The translations under genes and the position numbers were made by a program. Under the pieces are notes generated by a model. The model was not told where the DNA came from and did not search any database. It saw only the letters and a program-made list of their open reading frames with translations. From Azolla caroliniana (lineage: Eukaryota > Plantae > Polypodiophyta): 64,000 bases of DNA. Location: NCBI GenBank assembly GCA_043228905.1, contig JBHGNT010000003.1:25978001-26042000 (forward strand). The letters are read 5' to 3'. Shown piece by piece: positions 24,975-36,030 of the stretch (position 1 is the stretch's first letter; every line of letters starts with the position of its first letter).

Positions 24975-26915
24975 TCCCGGTTCTCGCCACCGAGGGATTC
25001 GCGGTTCCGCTCGTGGTTTGGTCGCACCGTCAGAAATTGGACTGAATGGCGCCCGTCCTGGCTCTTGACCCTCGCGTAGGCCGAACCGTTGTCCAGCACT
25101 TTGGTCTCCATTCGCACTGCTGTGATGTATGGTTCCCCTAATATGACCGGATGCGAGGACATCTCCTGCACGAAGAAGTGCTGGTCAATCTCAACGTCGC
25201 CGATCTTGACGCGCACATTCGGGCAGGCCCCGTGCAGTTCCTCGGTGGCGTGCATCGCCGCCCGTATCTTCCACCCGTGCTTGGTGTTGATCGGCCATTT
25301 TCCCCTTTTGTAGAAGTCCATGGACATCAGGTTTATTTCCGAACCGTGGTCCACCAGTGCCACCACCGGTTCCTGAACATCTCCGATCTTTACCGGGGTC
25401 TCCGTGGTCGCTCGGGCCCAGTGCGGCCACGAATAGTGGCTCTCCGCCCACTCATCTTCCAGCGCCAAGTCGTCGATGTGCGTCGTCCACACCTCCACCG
25501 GTCTTTCCGGTTCCGTCTCCGTCGACAGCCTCTTCCGTTTCACCAAGTCCACAATGGAGTCGTGGAACTCCTTCTTGGCGATCCCTAGCACCTCCCGCAA
25601 TGACAGCTCCACCTTGCTATCAAGGATCCGTTCTTCTAGGACCTTTCGTAGGTCCGTGGTCCTTTCTATTTCCATCCCCAGTCGGTATCCGCCCTTCCTG
25701 GGGTTATCTTGCACGCTAGACCCACCGGCTTCGTTCCGTTGTTGCCGGAATCGGGTCTCGTATCGTTGTGAGGGCCCGACCGCTCCGGCTTTCCCCACTC
25801 GTTTGTCTTCTACCAGAGCCTCGTAGTTCCGGCAGGCGGCTTCTACGAAGCCCGTCTTCTCCTCGACCGGATCGCTCCACCCGGTTATTTCCCGGACCCG
25901 TCTCTCAGCGCGGTCCGTTTCATCTTTCCTTAGTTGTGCGCCGGCGAGACCTTCCAGCATTGCCGACAAGAATCCGTCTTTGCTCTCCTTTCGGGCCTCG
26001 CTGCCCCCGACCCGAATGCCGACCGACGCCGAGTAGTGGATGGCCTCCACGTGTCGGGCCGCTGCCTCTTCCATCAGTCTCTTCATACCTCCTCGCCCGT
26101 CGTTTCGGTTTAGGGCCCTTCTGGTGTCGTCGGCGTGCACCCGGCCTTCCCACAGGTACACCACCCAGTTCCTCAACGCTTCTGCGAAATCACCGCAATC
26201 CTTCCGGATGTGGCCGACCTCATCGCACCACATGCACCTGTTCCCTGCTGCCGGCCGTCGGTCACGAGCCGGTTCGCCGCCTTCCCTTCGAGTCTGGGCG
26301 ATCTAGAGATCCTTTATCGCCCGCGTCAACTCCTCCAGCGCTGCTCCTCCGGACGAGTCATTGACCATGCCGGTCGAAGCCGAACCGGTTTCGAGCCACT
26401 CCCGGGTCTCTGCCCTTCGCCCTTGTGGTGCCGGTTCAAGCCTCCTTGCTGTGACAGAGCCCGCTCCGGTCGCCCCGTTGTCAGCCCATTCTCGTCGTTT
26501 GTCGAAACGGCCACAAACTCTCTTAACCGCAGTCCAGTCGGTCGTCAGCCCGTCTTCGGTTTCTAGCAAGGAGCCGACTTGATCCCGGTCCCGCTCGTCC
26601 ACCGACTTGACGAACAATAGGACCCGGCTCGTATCCAGAACGGTTCGGTCAAGCGCCGAAAGGCGTGCAAAGCGTTCCTCAAACTCCCAGAGGAGTGCCG
26701 ACGCGTTTCTTCCTTTGTCGGGGGACTCCACCCATTCCATGAAGTCCCGTTTCGAAAGCCGGAGCGCGTCGTCCAGCCCGTATTTCTCTAGGAGTCGGCC
26801 TTCGAACTCCTCCCAGGTACGGCTCTCCGCCCGTACCTCGAGCACCTCCGCATGGATGCTCGGCATCGCCACTCGAGGGAACCCTGCAAGACGCCTCTCT
26901 TCCGGAATGTACCGC
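24965..26915 (-). pseudogene. Nested element ORF1: partial gag, CCHC knuckle, aspartic protease
   Basis: CMWCDEVGHIRKDC; ALVDHGSEINLM; ILGEPY; one TAG at 26303; ends GAG GAT TTT TAG. Confidence 0.85.
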
Positions 26916-29855
26916 AAAATCGTCTAGAAAGACTTGCATGAACGCCAGAATGTATTCCCCAAAGATCTCTGTAATCGTTCGTTGAAATGTTGTTGGCGCT
27001 GTCTTTAGCCCGAACATCATGACGACTGCCACATATACTCCCCAGTCTGTGACAAACGTCGTCTTCTCCTGGTCCTCGGGGTGCATGCGTACTTGGTTAT
27101 AGCCACTGAAGCCATCTAAGAAACTATACATCGCATGGCTTGCGACGGTGTCCAGCACGCTATCGGTGAAGGGTAAGGGAAATGCGTCCGTAATGGTTAT
27201 CGCGTTTAATTTTCGGTAATCTACGCATACCCGTATTTTGCCGTTTTTCTTTGGGACAACCACTATCGGGCTTAGCCATGTCGCTTGTTTAACTGGCCAT
27301 ATGAACCCCGCCCTCAGGAGCTTGTCAATTTCTTCTTTCACTCGGGTCGCGTAATTGGGGTTCATGCGGTAGCGGCGCTGCTGGACAGGTTTCGCGTCAG
27401 TTGCTAAATTGATCTTATGCTGATAGAACTTGGAATCTAACCCCTTCATGTCCTCATGAGCCCAAGCAAACACATCTTTATATTCCGTGAGTAGTGCGAT
27501 CATTGTGATTCTCTGGTCCGGCCTTAATTCCTTTGCGATGGAGAGGAATTGGGGCTCCGATTCCGTACCCACATTCACTTCGTCGAGAGCGGAAGCGGTG
27601 ACTCATCGTGACATCTCCATTTCCCTTTCGAATGCCGCCCGTGCTCTGTTGAGTTCCAATATGGACTCTGGGTTTGGTTCGTACGGCTCTTCGTGCGAAA
27701 CAGTGGTTGTAGTATATTCTGCCGCAGTTGCGATGACATCTATTTCGAACAGCGGAATAATCCGAGGATGTTCGTCCAAGTACGCTTCCAATTCGGCATC
27801 CTCCACCCCAGCCAGCATATTTATGTCTTCCACGTATAACGGTGTTATCCCCTAGGTTGTGGCGTGTTGCCTTCCGTAGGTACGCGAACCTTAGTGCGTC
27901 CATGCCGGAAACTAATACACTCGTGTTGCCAGCTCTGCTTGATATTTGTTGTCCGAAGCCATGGTCTGCCCAGAAGCACTGGGTACGCTCCTGGGGCGTC
28001 CAAAGCGAGACGACCGTCGATATGTCGAAGCGGTGTCCGCCCATGATGATGCCTATTTTGCGAATTAACCCCAACGGTCGCACTGAGCGGGTATCTGCCA
28101 TGCGGAGCCAGAATGGACACGCCTCCCATTCGGAAATGCCTAATTGTTCGCAAGTTTTTGCGCTAATCACATTGACACCTGAGCCGTCGTCGATTACGCA
28201 TCTAGGAACTTCCTGTCCGTGCAATATTACTGTAATAGCCGGGTTGTGCTGATCCACCACCGGTGGTCCATCGTTGACGTCTGTCAGGTGTGTGGCAACG
28301 CTCGCCCCGAGCATGCCCGCCACTTGTGCTTCCATGGTCTGGCGGAAACGTGGAACTAGCTGTAGCAGTTTTTCCATAGTTAACGTGATTTCACAACCTG
28401 CTAACACCTGCCAAATGGGGTCCGGCCCCGATCTTTCGTTCTCTGTTTGCTCCATTGTGTTCGCGGACTCCTGTCGCATACGTTCCGTATTGGTCGCGTT
28501 TGCTTTTTCCACCCAGGCTTGGGCTTGTCATCGTACCTCGTCCTACACAGCCCAATCCGTCGTTTTTGTTTGCTGGCGTGTTGTGACTTGTTTCACCTCC
28601 GCCGTAATCGTATTGACGGCAGGCCCCTTTCCCTTGCGTGCTAGGCATTGCGTGGCATAGTGTCCGGGTTGATGACAAATAAAACAATGGATGCTTGATT
28701 CTCCCTTCTCAGCCCCAGGTGGTGTGTGCCGCTCTCCGGGCGCTACTTGCTCTTCGCGGTCCGGCCTCGTTTGTCAGAACGTACGCGGTGGCTGTTGTTG
28801 GTCCCGTCGTTGTTCCTGGTGCCGCTCATCCCCCGAGCTTTCGTCGTAACGCCGGTGATCCCTATATTGCCGAGGCTTACCCCGATAGCTATTGAAGCCG
28901 CCCCATTTGTTTGTCGGGCGTTGATGTTCGTATCGCCGACCCCCTTTGGCGTAACTCGGATGTCCACGATAATCCTCGTCCTTTGGGTCGTCCTCCTCGG
29001 ACTCGTTGTGATTCCGGCGATTCCGGTTGTACCGGTCCTCCCACAGGTTGCGATCCTTATACCGAGATCGGTCTTCTTGCCTCCTTTGTTCCGCCCAGTG
29101 CGGTTGACGTTGTGTGTCCATGCTATGGACCGCGGGAGTGGCTCTGTTTAACATATTGTACTCGCATTGGTCGATTGTGTGAACCTTCGAGTGGCAGATT
29201 GGGCAGTGGATTCACATATTGCACTCCACCGCGGAATGCCCCGAGTTCAAGCAAATCGTGCACTAGATTGCTTGACGAAATTGGCGTTCCTCATCCTGAG
29301 GTAACGCTTGTCGTAAGGATGACATCGAAAACCTCTCCTCCTCGTCATCCAACTCGAGCTATAACACTCGTTCAATCACCATATCCGCCGTTTCCCCTTT
29401 CACGCTATTGTTGTTGAGCGTTGCCCGGATGGGCCGGCGTAACGCTGCCAGAAATGTCTCCCAAGCCTCCTCCTCCGCGGGGCTTTGTTCCAATTTCTGT
29501 CGTAAATTTTGGAAACGTAAGCTGAAGTCTGTTATCGTCTCAGTCGGTAGTTGCTTAATCGTATAAAACTGCCCGAGAATCTCGCATTGTGGAACCCTCC
29601 GATGGAAGAATCGCAAGAAAGCGGACTGCAGCTGATCGAAGGTTGTTATGGCTGGTAAGTCCATCTGTGAATGTCAAAACGCTGCACGCCCATCTAATGT
29701 TAATCCGAACTCCGTCATTTTCGACTAGTGTGCCACCGTCTCAGAGAGATTCTGCGCCATGTGGTTCGCATTCCAAACATTCAAAAACATGTGAATATGA
29801 GTTGCGGCGTCGGTTTCACCGTTAAAGCGGGGGTAGGCAAAGGCCATAGGGGGAG
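26916..29855 (-). pseudogene. Outer Gypsy gag, zinc knuckle, protease and RT N-terminal half (frameshifted)
   Basis: Retrotrans_gag-like TTFDQLQSAFLRFF; CFICHQPGHYATQC; IDDGSGVN; YKDVFAW...RVCVDYRKLN...FGLKTAP...FLDD. Confidence 0.9.
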
Positions 29856-29955
29856 CTACGGCGGATCGGAAAAGGTAACAGGGTGGCTGCGGTGAGTGTG
29901 GTCCCCGCGTCCCGTCGAGGTAGTACTAAGGTCGCTGATGCGCGGCTTTTGCCGG

Positions 29956-30565
29956 TGTCGTGAAGAAAACCGGCCATAGGCGGAATCGGAGAGAAAGCGC
30001 GTAAACCAGCCCTTACACGGATGGACGCGTGACTTGATATTTGTACACGAACCGGTGGATGTAAATACTAAGCCGCACGCATTTATTAGGGGGGGGATTG
30101 TGCATATCCCGGTCAGAGGGACAGGGAATAAAGGGAAGAGGACAAGGGAAAACGGGTATCGCGCATTGGGAAAGAAAAAGGGGTTGCTGCAGAACGGAAG
30201 GCGGAGCTCTTTCTCTTCGACTCGAATCGTCGCTCTCTGTGGGTGTCGGGAGGTCGGTGCCTCTGCTTTGTAGACAAACCGTGTGCTTCCAGCAGAGTCG
30301 CTCCCTTTCCCCTTTTGTTTCTTTGAGTCGTGTGACTGTCGTCGGTGTGCGCGAGTAGGGTCCCCGTGTCGGGTCCGTCGCCGCTTTGTCGGTTGTAACT
30401 GTCGGAGTTTGTACTCTCTTGTCGTTATAACTAAGTGTTACGTTCTATATCTCTCTTTCTCGCTTCTACGTGTCGGTGAATCTATCTCTCTCTCTCTCTC
30501 GCTCCTCGGTCCAAGACCCCCGTGGTCCCGCCCCTTTCTACACGTACGCGCGTAACAACGCGACA
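29956..30565 (+). mobile_element. Solo LTR (610 bp) related to the nested Ylt1-like LTR
   Basis: Starts TGTCGTGAAGAAAACCG and ends ..AAGACCCCCG.GGTCCCGCC..CGACA, like the 20768-21397 LTR; flanked by CCGG on both sides. Confidence 0.88.
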
Positions 30566-30688
30566 CCGGGCGCGTTCTTCTGCTTGGCGTGTGACGGACC
30601 TTGTTATTGGCCGGTCTTGTCTTGTTAGTTCTCTGGGTCTTCTGCAGCTAAACATCCATTCGTTGTTGCTCGTCTATGAGGAAACACA

Positions 30689-30705
30689 GATCACCAGGCG
30701 TGCCA
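30689..30705 (-). promoter_or_regulatory. Primer binding site of outer Gypsy (TGGCACGCCTGGTGATC)
   Basis: TGG-starting motif 4 nt after the 5' LTR, on the coding strand. Confidence 0.7.
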
Positions 30706-30709
30706 AAAG

Positions 30710-31148
30710 TGTTGCCGTTTAGGAACACAGTCCGTGGTCAATCCTTCAACCTAGACCTCAAGGTGGGTGTGGAATAACGAACAGGGTTTAAGCGTAATGC
30801 GTCAGGGGAGAACCTCTGTATTTCCTCCATGTATAAGGGAAGACGGCTACAACCGAATCCCTATCACAAGTTACACTTACGTACTACTACGCTTAAGTAT
30901 CCGAGACACCAACACTGAATTAGCCGCAGCTATACACAGAAACTCAGAGAAGATAGAATTCTATTATCAGGCGTTCTTTACATTTCCAAAAATTACACGC
31001 ACCTCCATAAGAGGTTTTCTGCCCTTTATATATGCAGGGTCTAATTAGCCGTTCACGCTTCCTACGTGAAACGTTACATGCGTTATGCTCTTATATAGTT
31101 TCTTATTCCTACGCTTTTGTCCATCGGTTACTATTCCGGCGGACAACA
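30710..31148 (-). repeat. 5' LTR of the large Gypsy element
   Basis: Direct repeat of 15583-16021, followed by TSD ACAAG. Confidence 0.95.
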
Positions 31149-31510
31149 ACAAGCGAGAGAGGCGAGCACGAACAAGAGATAGAGACGGTATATGATTTAA
31201 GAAGCAAGAGTATACAATACAACATTTTACTAAACTTAACAATGCTCGATCGCAAAGATTAAACTTTTTTTTGTTTTCTTTTCCCAAAAAAACTCCTTCC
31301 ATTAGCTATAAAATTTTACAAATGCGAAGGTTATTATTATATAAATCTCAGTATGGACATGATAGTTCCATCTTATGTGGAGGCCCAATGACTCAAGAAA
31401 GGGAGAGGACAATCATAATGCTAATTGTTGGATGAAGGCTAATCGTTGTCTTTCGACTCCATCGGATCCGCTCATAAGGCCATCGTATTGGTTGATTGGC
31501 TACAACTTTA

Positions 31511-33835
31511 TGTTGAATATAGGGATATAATGGTCGTATCACATTGTCCCATTTGGACAAACTAGAGTAGGACATATTTGTAATATGATCAAAGGCAAGT
31601 TGCCCTAGCTCAATTAGTATATAAATGAACTTAAAACTAGTTTGTAAAATGATGTTGAGGTAGATGCCGCCATTCTTTGTAACTTCTTGATTTGAATATA
31701 CAGTTACATCTTTGTGTGCCTCTCTATCTCTCTTTGATTGTTCTTGTTGGTCTTGTTAAGTCGTTTCAATTCCTCCCTGTTCATCTTGTTTATTTCTATC
31801 AATCTGATGTTCTTCATCCAATAGTTTTGTTCATGTTTATCTTCGCTGGCGACCGTCTCCAACATTTGGTATTAGAGCGAAGTTGGTATCCATTGTCGGC
31901 CGTCATCAATCCTATCATTAGCACTTTTGTTTAGGCCGTTGAAGACTTCAAGTTTTATGAAAACATATTGAACAAACTTTCCAAGATTTCTGCTAGATAG
32001 AAATCTTCCGATTGGCAACTACAAATTTTCATTCTGTGAGATGAATAGCCACTTTGCTTATTTGTACCCTATCCACCTAGACAAAACTTCAGGTAAGCTA
32101 GTCGTTTGTAACCCCTCGTTGGTTGCAGTCACTCAAAGTGGAATCTTGATTTAGTCGGCACCATCCGTGCTCAATTCGACTAGGAGACATTCGAGCAGAC
32201 CACTCAACTCTATTCATCTATCCGTCGTAGCCACTCCAAGTAGGATCAACAATCCAATCGACATAGTTTGTGCCCAATTTGACTAGGCACCATTCTGGAT
32301 AGACAAGTCATTTCAATTCCGTTTTCGGCCATAGTCACTTTGACCAGGACAAGCCGACAACCAACTTGGTTTGTGTTCGACTCGACTATATCAAATCCAG
32401 GTGAATCATCCGGTTACACCCACTTATTGATCATAGCCACTATGGACAAAACTTTCAAACAAGTCAGCTCATATCAAAAATGGTCTCAACATCTGACTCA
32501 TAAAAGATGAGTCTTAGGAAGTTCAATGTCTATAGAACTTCAATTTCCGGAAGGAGCAAATGCAAGACTATCTTATCGTGAAAGGTCAGATCGATCCAAT
32601 CGAAACAAAAATCCTCCCAAAGAGTACAAGCCGAATGAATGGACGAAAGCTCATATCAGAAATTGTCTCAACATCCGACTCATAAAAGATGAGTCTTAGG
32701 AAGTTCAATGTCTATAGAACTTCAATTTCCGGAAGGAGCAAATGCAAGACTATCTGATCGTGAAAGGTCAGATCGATCCAATCGAAACAAAATTACTCCC
32801 AAAGAGTACAAGCCGAATGAATGGACGAAATTGGATCAGATAGCACGAGCCACCATTCGGATGCACTTATCCAAATCGGTTTACTACACTGTACAATTGT
32901 GTTTGACAATATTTCAATTATGGAAGATGTCGAACAGTTATGAGAAGAAGGTGGCCACCACCAAAATCTATCTTTATTTGGTGATTGCAGAACCTTCGGA
33001 TGAAAGAATCTGACTCGGTCCAAGCACATTTAAATGAGTATGAAAGTATAAACTCCCAAATTTCAGCTCAGGGAATGGCGATTGACGACGAGCTGAAAGC
33101 TCTTTTGCTTATGAGCAGTCTCCCCTTTTGCTTATGAGCAGTCTCCCCCCTTTATGGGAAACTTTCGTTACTACCGTGTGCAATGTGTCAATTGTTGTTG
33201 TCAAGTAGTCTGAAGCCACGAGCTTAATTCTAACGGAAGATGCTCATAGAAATCGTTCGTACATGATTCGGCTAATGATATGTAGTACAAAGTTTGGTCG
33301 ATTGACCGAACAGTCAGAGAAGAAGTTCTTCCCAACAACCGAACAATGCTTGAAGCCAAAGCAAGTGAAGAGACACGAGAATTTGCAACTATTGCAAGAA
33401 ACCTAGACAAATCAAGACCGATTGCCGTGCCCTCAAGGCCAAGAACAACTTAACCTATTCAACATTCAGCATCTAGGAGTTCGAACTAGCTAATACGGCT
33501 CTGGTTATTAAGCCCATGCCAATTGAGGAAAACAATCAATCAGTTTATCATCTCTTTGTATAATCTATATATTTGTTTTCTTTATTACAAATTCTTTGAT
33601 GTATACGCCCATTATTGGGGAGTGTCGAATACGGGGATACAATGGTCGTATTTACATTGTCCCATTTGGACAAACTAGACTAGAACATATTTGCAATATG
33701 ATCAAAGGGCAGTTGCCTAGCTTAGTTAGTATATAACTGAACCTTGTAATTAGTTTGTAAAATGATGTTGACGTAGATGTCGCCATTCCTTGTAACTTCT
33801 TGATTTGAATGTACAGTTACATCTTTGTGACAATG

Positions 33836-33883
<48 letters not shown>

Positions 33884-33997
33884 ATCTTGCTAAGTCGTTT
33901 CATCTCCTCCCTGTTCATCTTGTTTATGTCTATCAATTCATGTTCTTCATACAATAGTGTTGTTCCTGTTTATCTTCACTTACGAATGTCTCCAACA
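31511..33997 (+). mobile_element. Non-autonomous gag-only Ty1/Copia derivative
   Basis: LTRs 31511-31864 and 33623-33997; tRNA-iMet PBS TGGTATTAGAGC; PPT TGGGGAG; TSD CTTTA/CTTCA; gag remnant EWTKLDQIARATIRMHLS and degenerate knuckle CNYCKK; no pol. Confidence 0.85.
32466..32830. repeat. Tandem duplication, 2 x ~182 bp, in Copia gag
   Basis: AGCTCATATCA...GAATGGACGAAA repeated. Confidence 0.9.
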
Positions 33998-35399
33998 CTT
34001 CACTCCACATCTCTTGCAATAACATTGCTTGATGCACGGTTTGATTGGAAAAGACTCGTTTATACCATTGTTTCTAGAGAATCCCAAAAGGTATTGGGTT
34101 GACCAATTCCAACACAACTTGACCTTTGGCATTTATAGGAGTTGAGTGGATATTGTCGATGGTGGAAAACAAGATCCCTCTTGCCTTTATCACTAACGTC
34201 ATCCCCTCCTCATGATGTTCGTACTTGTCAACTAGGGCCTACCAAACATACATTCCCCCACTTGATTCTGCTTTGCATATGGCGTAATTGCAATAGGAGG
34301 TCAATCCCCTGCTATATTCAATGGGTCCTCTGCCAAACTCTGGATTTGAACCCTTCACTTCAGTTTTAAAAGACAAAACACTTCACAAATCCTTATTTGA
34401 TTTTCTGATTTGATCAATCGATGCCTACATGCATCTTCCCTCTCTTTGTATATGTGCTCACATGCATAAGATGTATGTGAGGATGCATGACATACATGCA
34501 ATGCATATGACGCATGATCGCCATTTGGCACACATGTGTTACATGTGATGGACTCATCTTAGTTCCCATGTATGAAAATAGGCATAAGTATGATGTTGAG
34601 AATATAACTATACAAAATAGTGTATCCTAATGTACAAGGCTATGCGTTTAAGGCTCACAAATATCATTTGACATAATATTTGAGTTTGTTTTTATATCAT
34701 GAAGCAATTGCTTCACAACATCTGTTAAGGCTTAACAGTTTGGCTTGGACAAGGCCAAATTGGTTAAGCCGAAACCAAACCGTTGTCAATTCCTAAGCAT
34801 ATCCATTTGGATTTCCCTCAATTCATCATATACCATTGACTCATACATGTGTAAAGATGCCTCCTCAAAATCATATGGTGATACATGTGTGTCTCATCCA
34901 CTCAAATCAATGCTATTGTGAACAAGAAAGAAGGCAACGAATCTCCTATTTTCTTTTACAAGAGGGAACATTTAATACTTGATATGGCATGTTGACAACT
35001 TTTCCACACACAAGCGAAAACATATATTTGTAAAGGAACAAGATTTGGAAACAAATGTTGTTTAGGAAAAGTTTTGTATCAACCAATATATTTTCACTTG
35101 TATAAAATTAGGCTGAAAATGCAAAGGAAATATCTAATTATCTAGGAATTTAGTGCAAACTTCTCAAATGTTATTCAATTTTTTCCCATTATTAATATAT
35201 TCAACCAGCAATTTTTACCTAGATTTTAATTAATGAAACATAATTAGTGAACTGATTCACAAAAGGAAAATAATGATTTCCACATTTGCACTAAGCAAAA
35301 TAACTACACCACATAATGGCAAATTGCAATGTCCTTCAACATAACCTGAACATATGTATTCTTCATAGGTTTACTGTAAGGTCATTACACAAACAATTC

Positions 35400-36030
35400 A
35401 CAAGTGCGTTCTACAACATGAATCCACTCACCACAACAAAAGGTTCAAATTTTTACTTTGAGTTCATCCCACTTCTAAGACTTTTCACCTTAAATAATGG
35501 CTTTACAAATTCATAGCAACAACCAAGCATTGATATTTTACTTTGAGAAACTAATGCTTTTCTCTTAGAAGAATAGCTTTACAAGTTGAATGGCCACAAT
35601 CAAGCATTGAGAGTTTTACATGTGATATCAATATACTATTTGTTTGCAAACACTTTTCACCCACAAGAACGGCTTTACAATCTCAATGGATACAACAAAG
35701 CACTCATATTTTTACTTTGAGATTATTACAATTGTAGTAACCTAAAACCTTTCCCCTACAAGAATGGCCTTACAAGTTCACTAGAAACATCAATTCATTC
35801 ATACTTTTATTTAGACTACTCTCTTCTACAAGACCAATTTTACAAGTTCCCTACCAATTAGAAGTGATTCATATTTTTTACTTTGAGATCATTATATTAA
35901 TAAACTAGGATTAGCCACAATACATGAATGGGTTTGCTTGTTTATACATTGGCCACAACAAAGCATTAATGTTTTTATTTGAAATTATTAAATTTGTTAA
36001 TTGATAGTTTTCTATTAAAGAATGGATTTA
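35400..36030. repeat. Degenerate ~85-bp tandem array (about 7 units)
   Basis: Recurrent CAAAGCATT..ATTTTTACTTTGAG..AAGAATGGCTTTACAA motifs. Confidence 0.55.

Larger units (their letters stand above)
20768..26915 (-). mobile_element. Nested Ylt1-like Gypsy element (5'-truncated gag-PR, pol, PPT, 3' LTR)
   Basis: 630-bp LTR TGTCGTG...CTCGACA at 20768-21397, preceded by PPT AGGTGGGGGCGGA (21398-21410); high-GC pol; outer RNase H resumes immediately after the LTR. Confidence 0.9.
15583..31148 (-). mobile_element. Non-chromoviral Ty3/Gypsy LTR retrotransposon (Athila/Tat/Phygy-like RT) with extra 3' ORF and nested insertions
   Basis: 439-bp LTRs TGTTG...CAACA at 15583-16021 and 30710-31148; 5-bp TSD ACAAG (15578-15582, 31149-31153); gag, zinc knuckle, PR, RT, RH and INT remnants on the minus strand. 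Confidence 0.95.

Noticed and set aside
21330-26930. Many plus-strand ORFs over the nested element
   Set aside because: Antisense shadows of a GC-rich pol; no recognisable domains.
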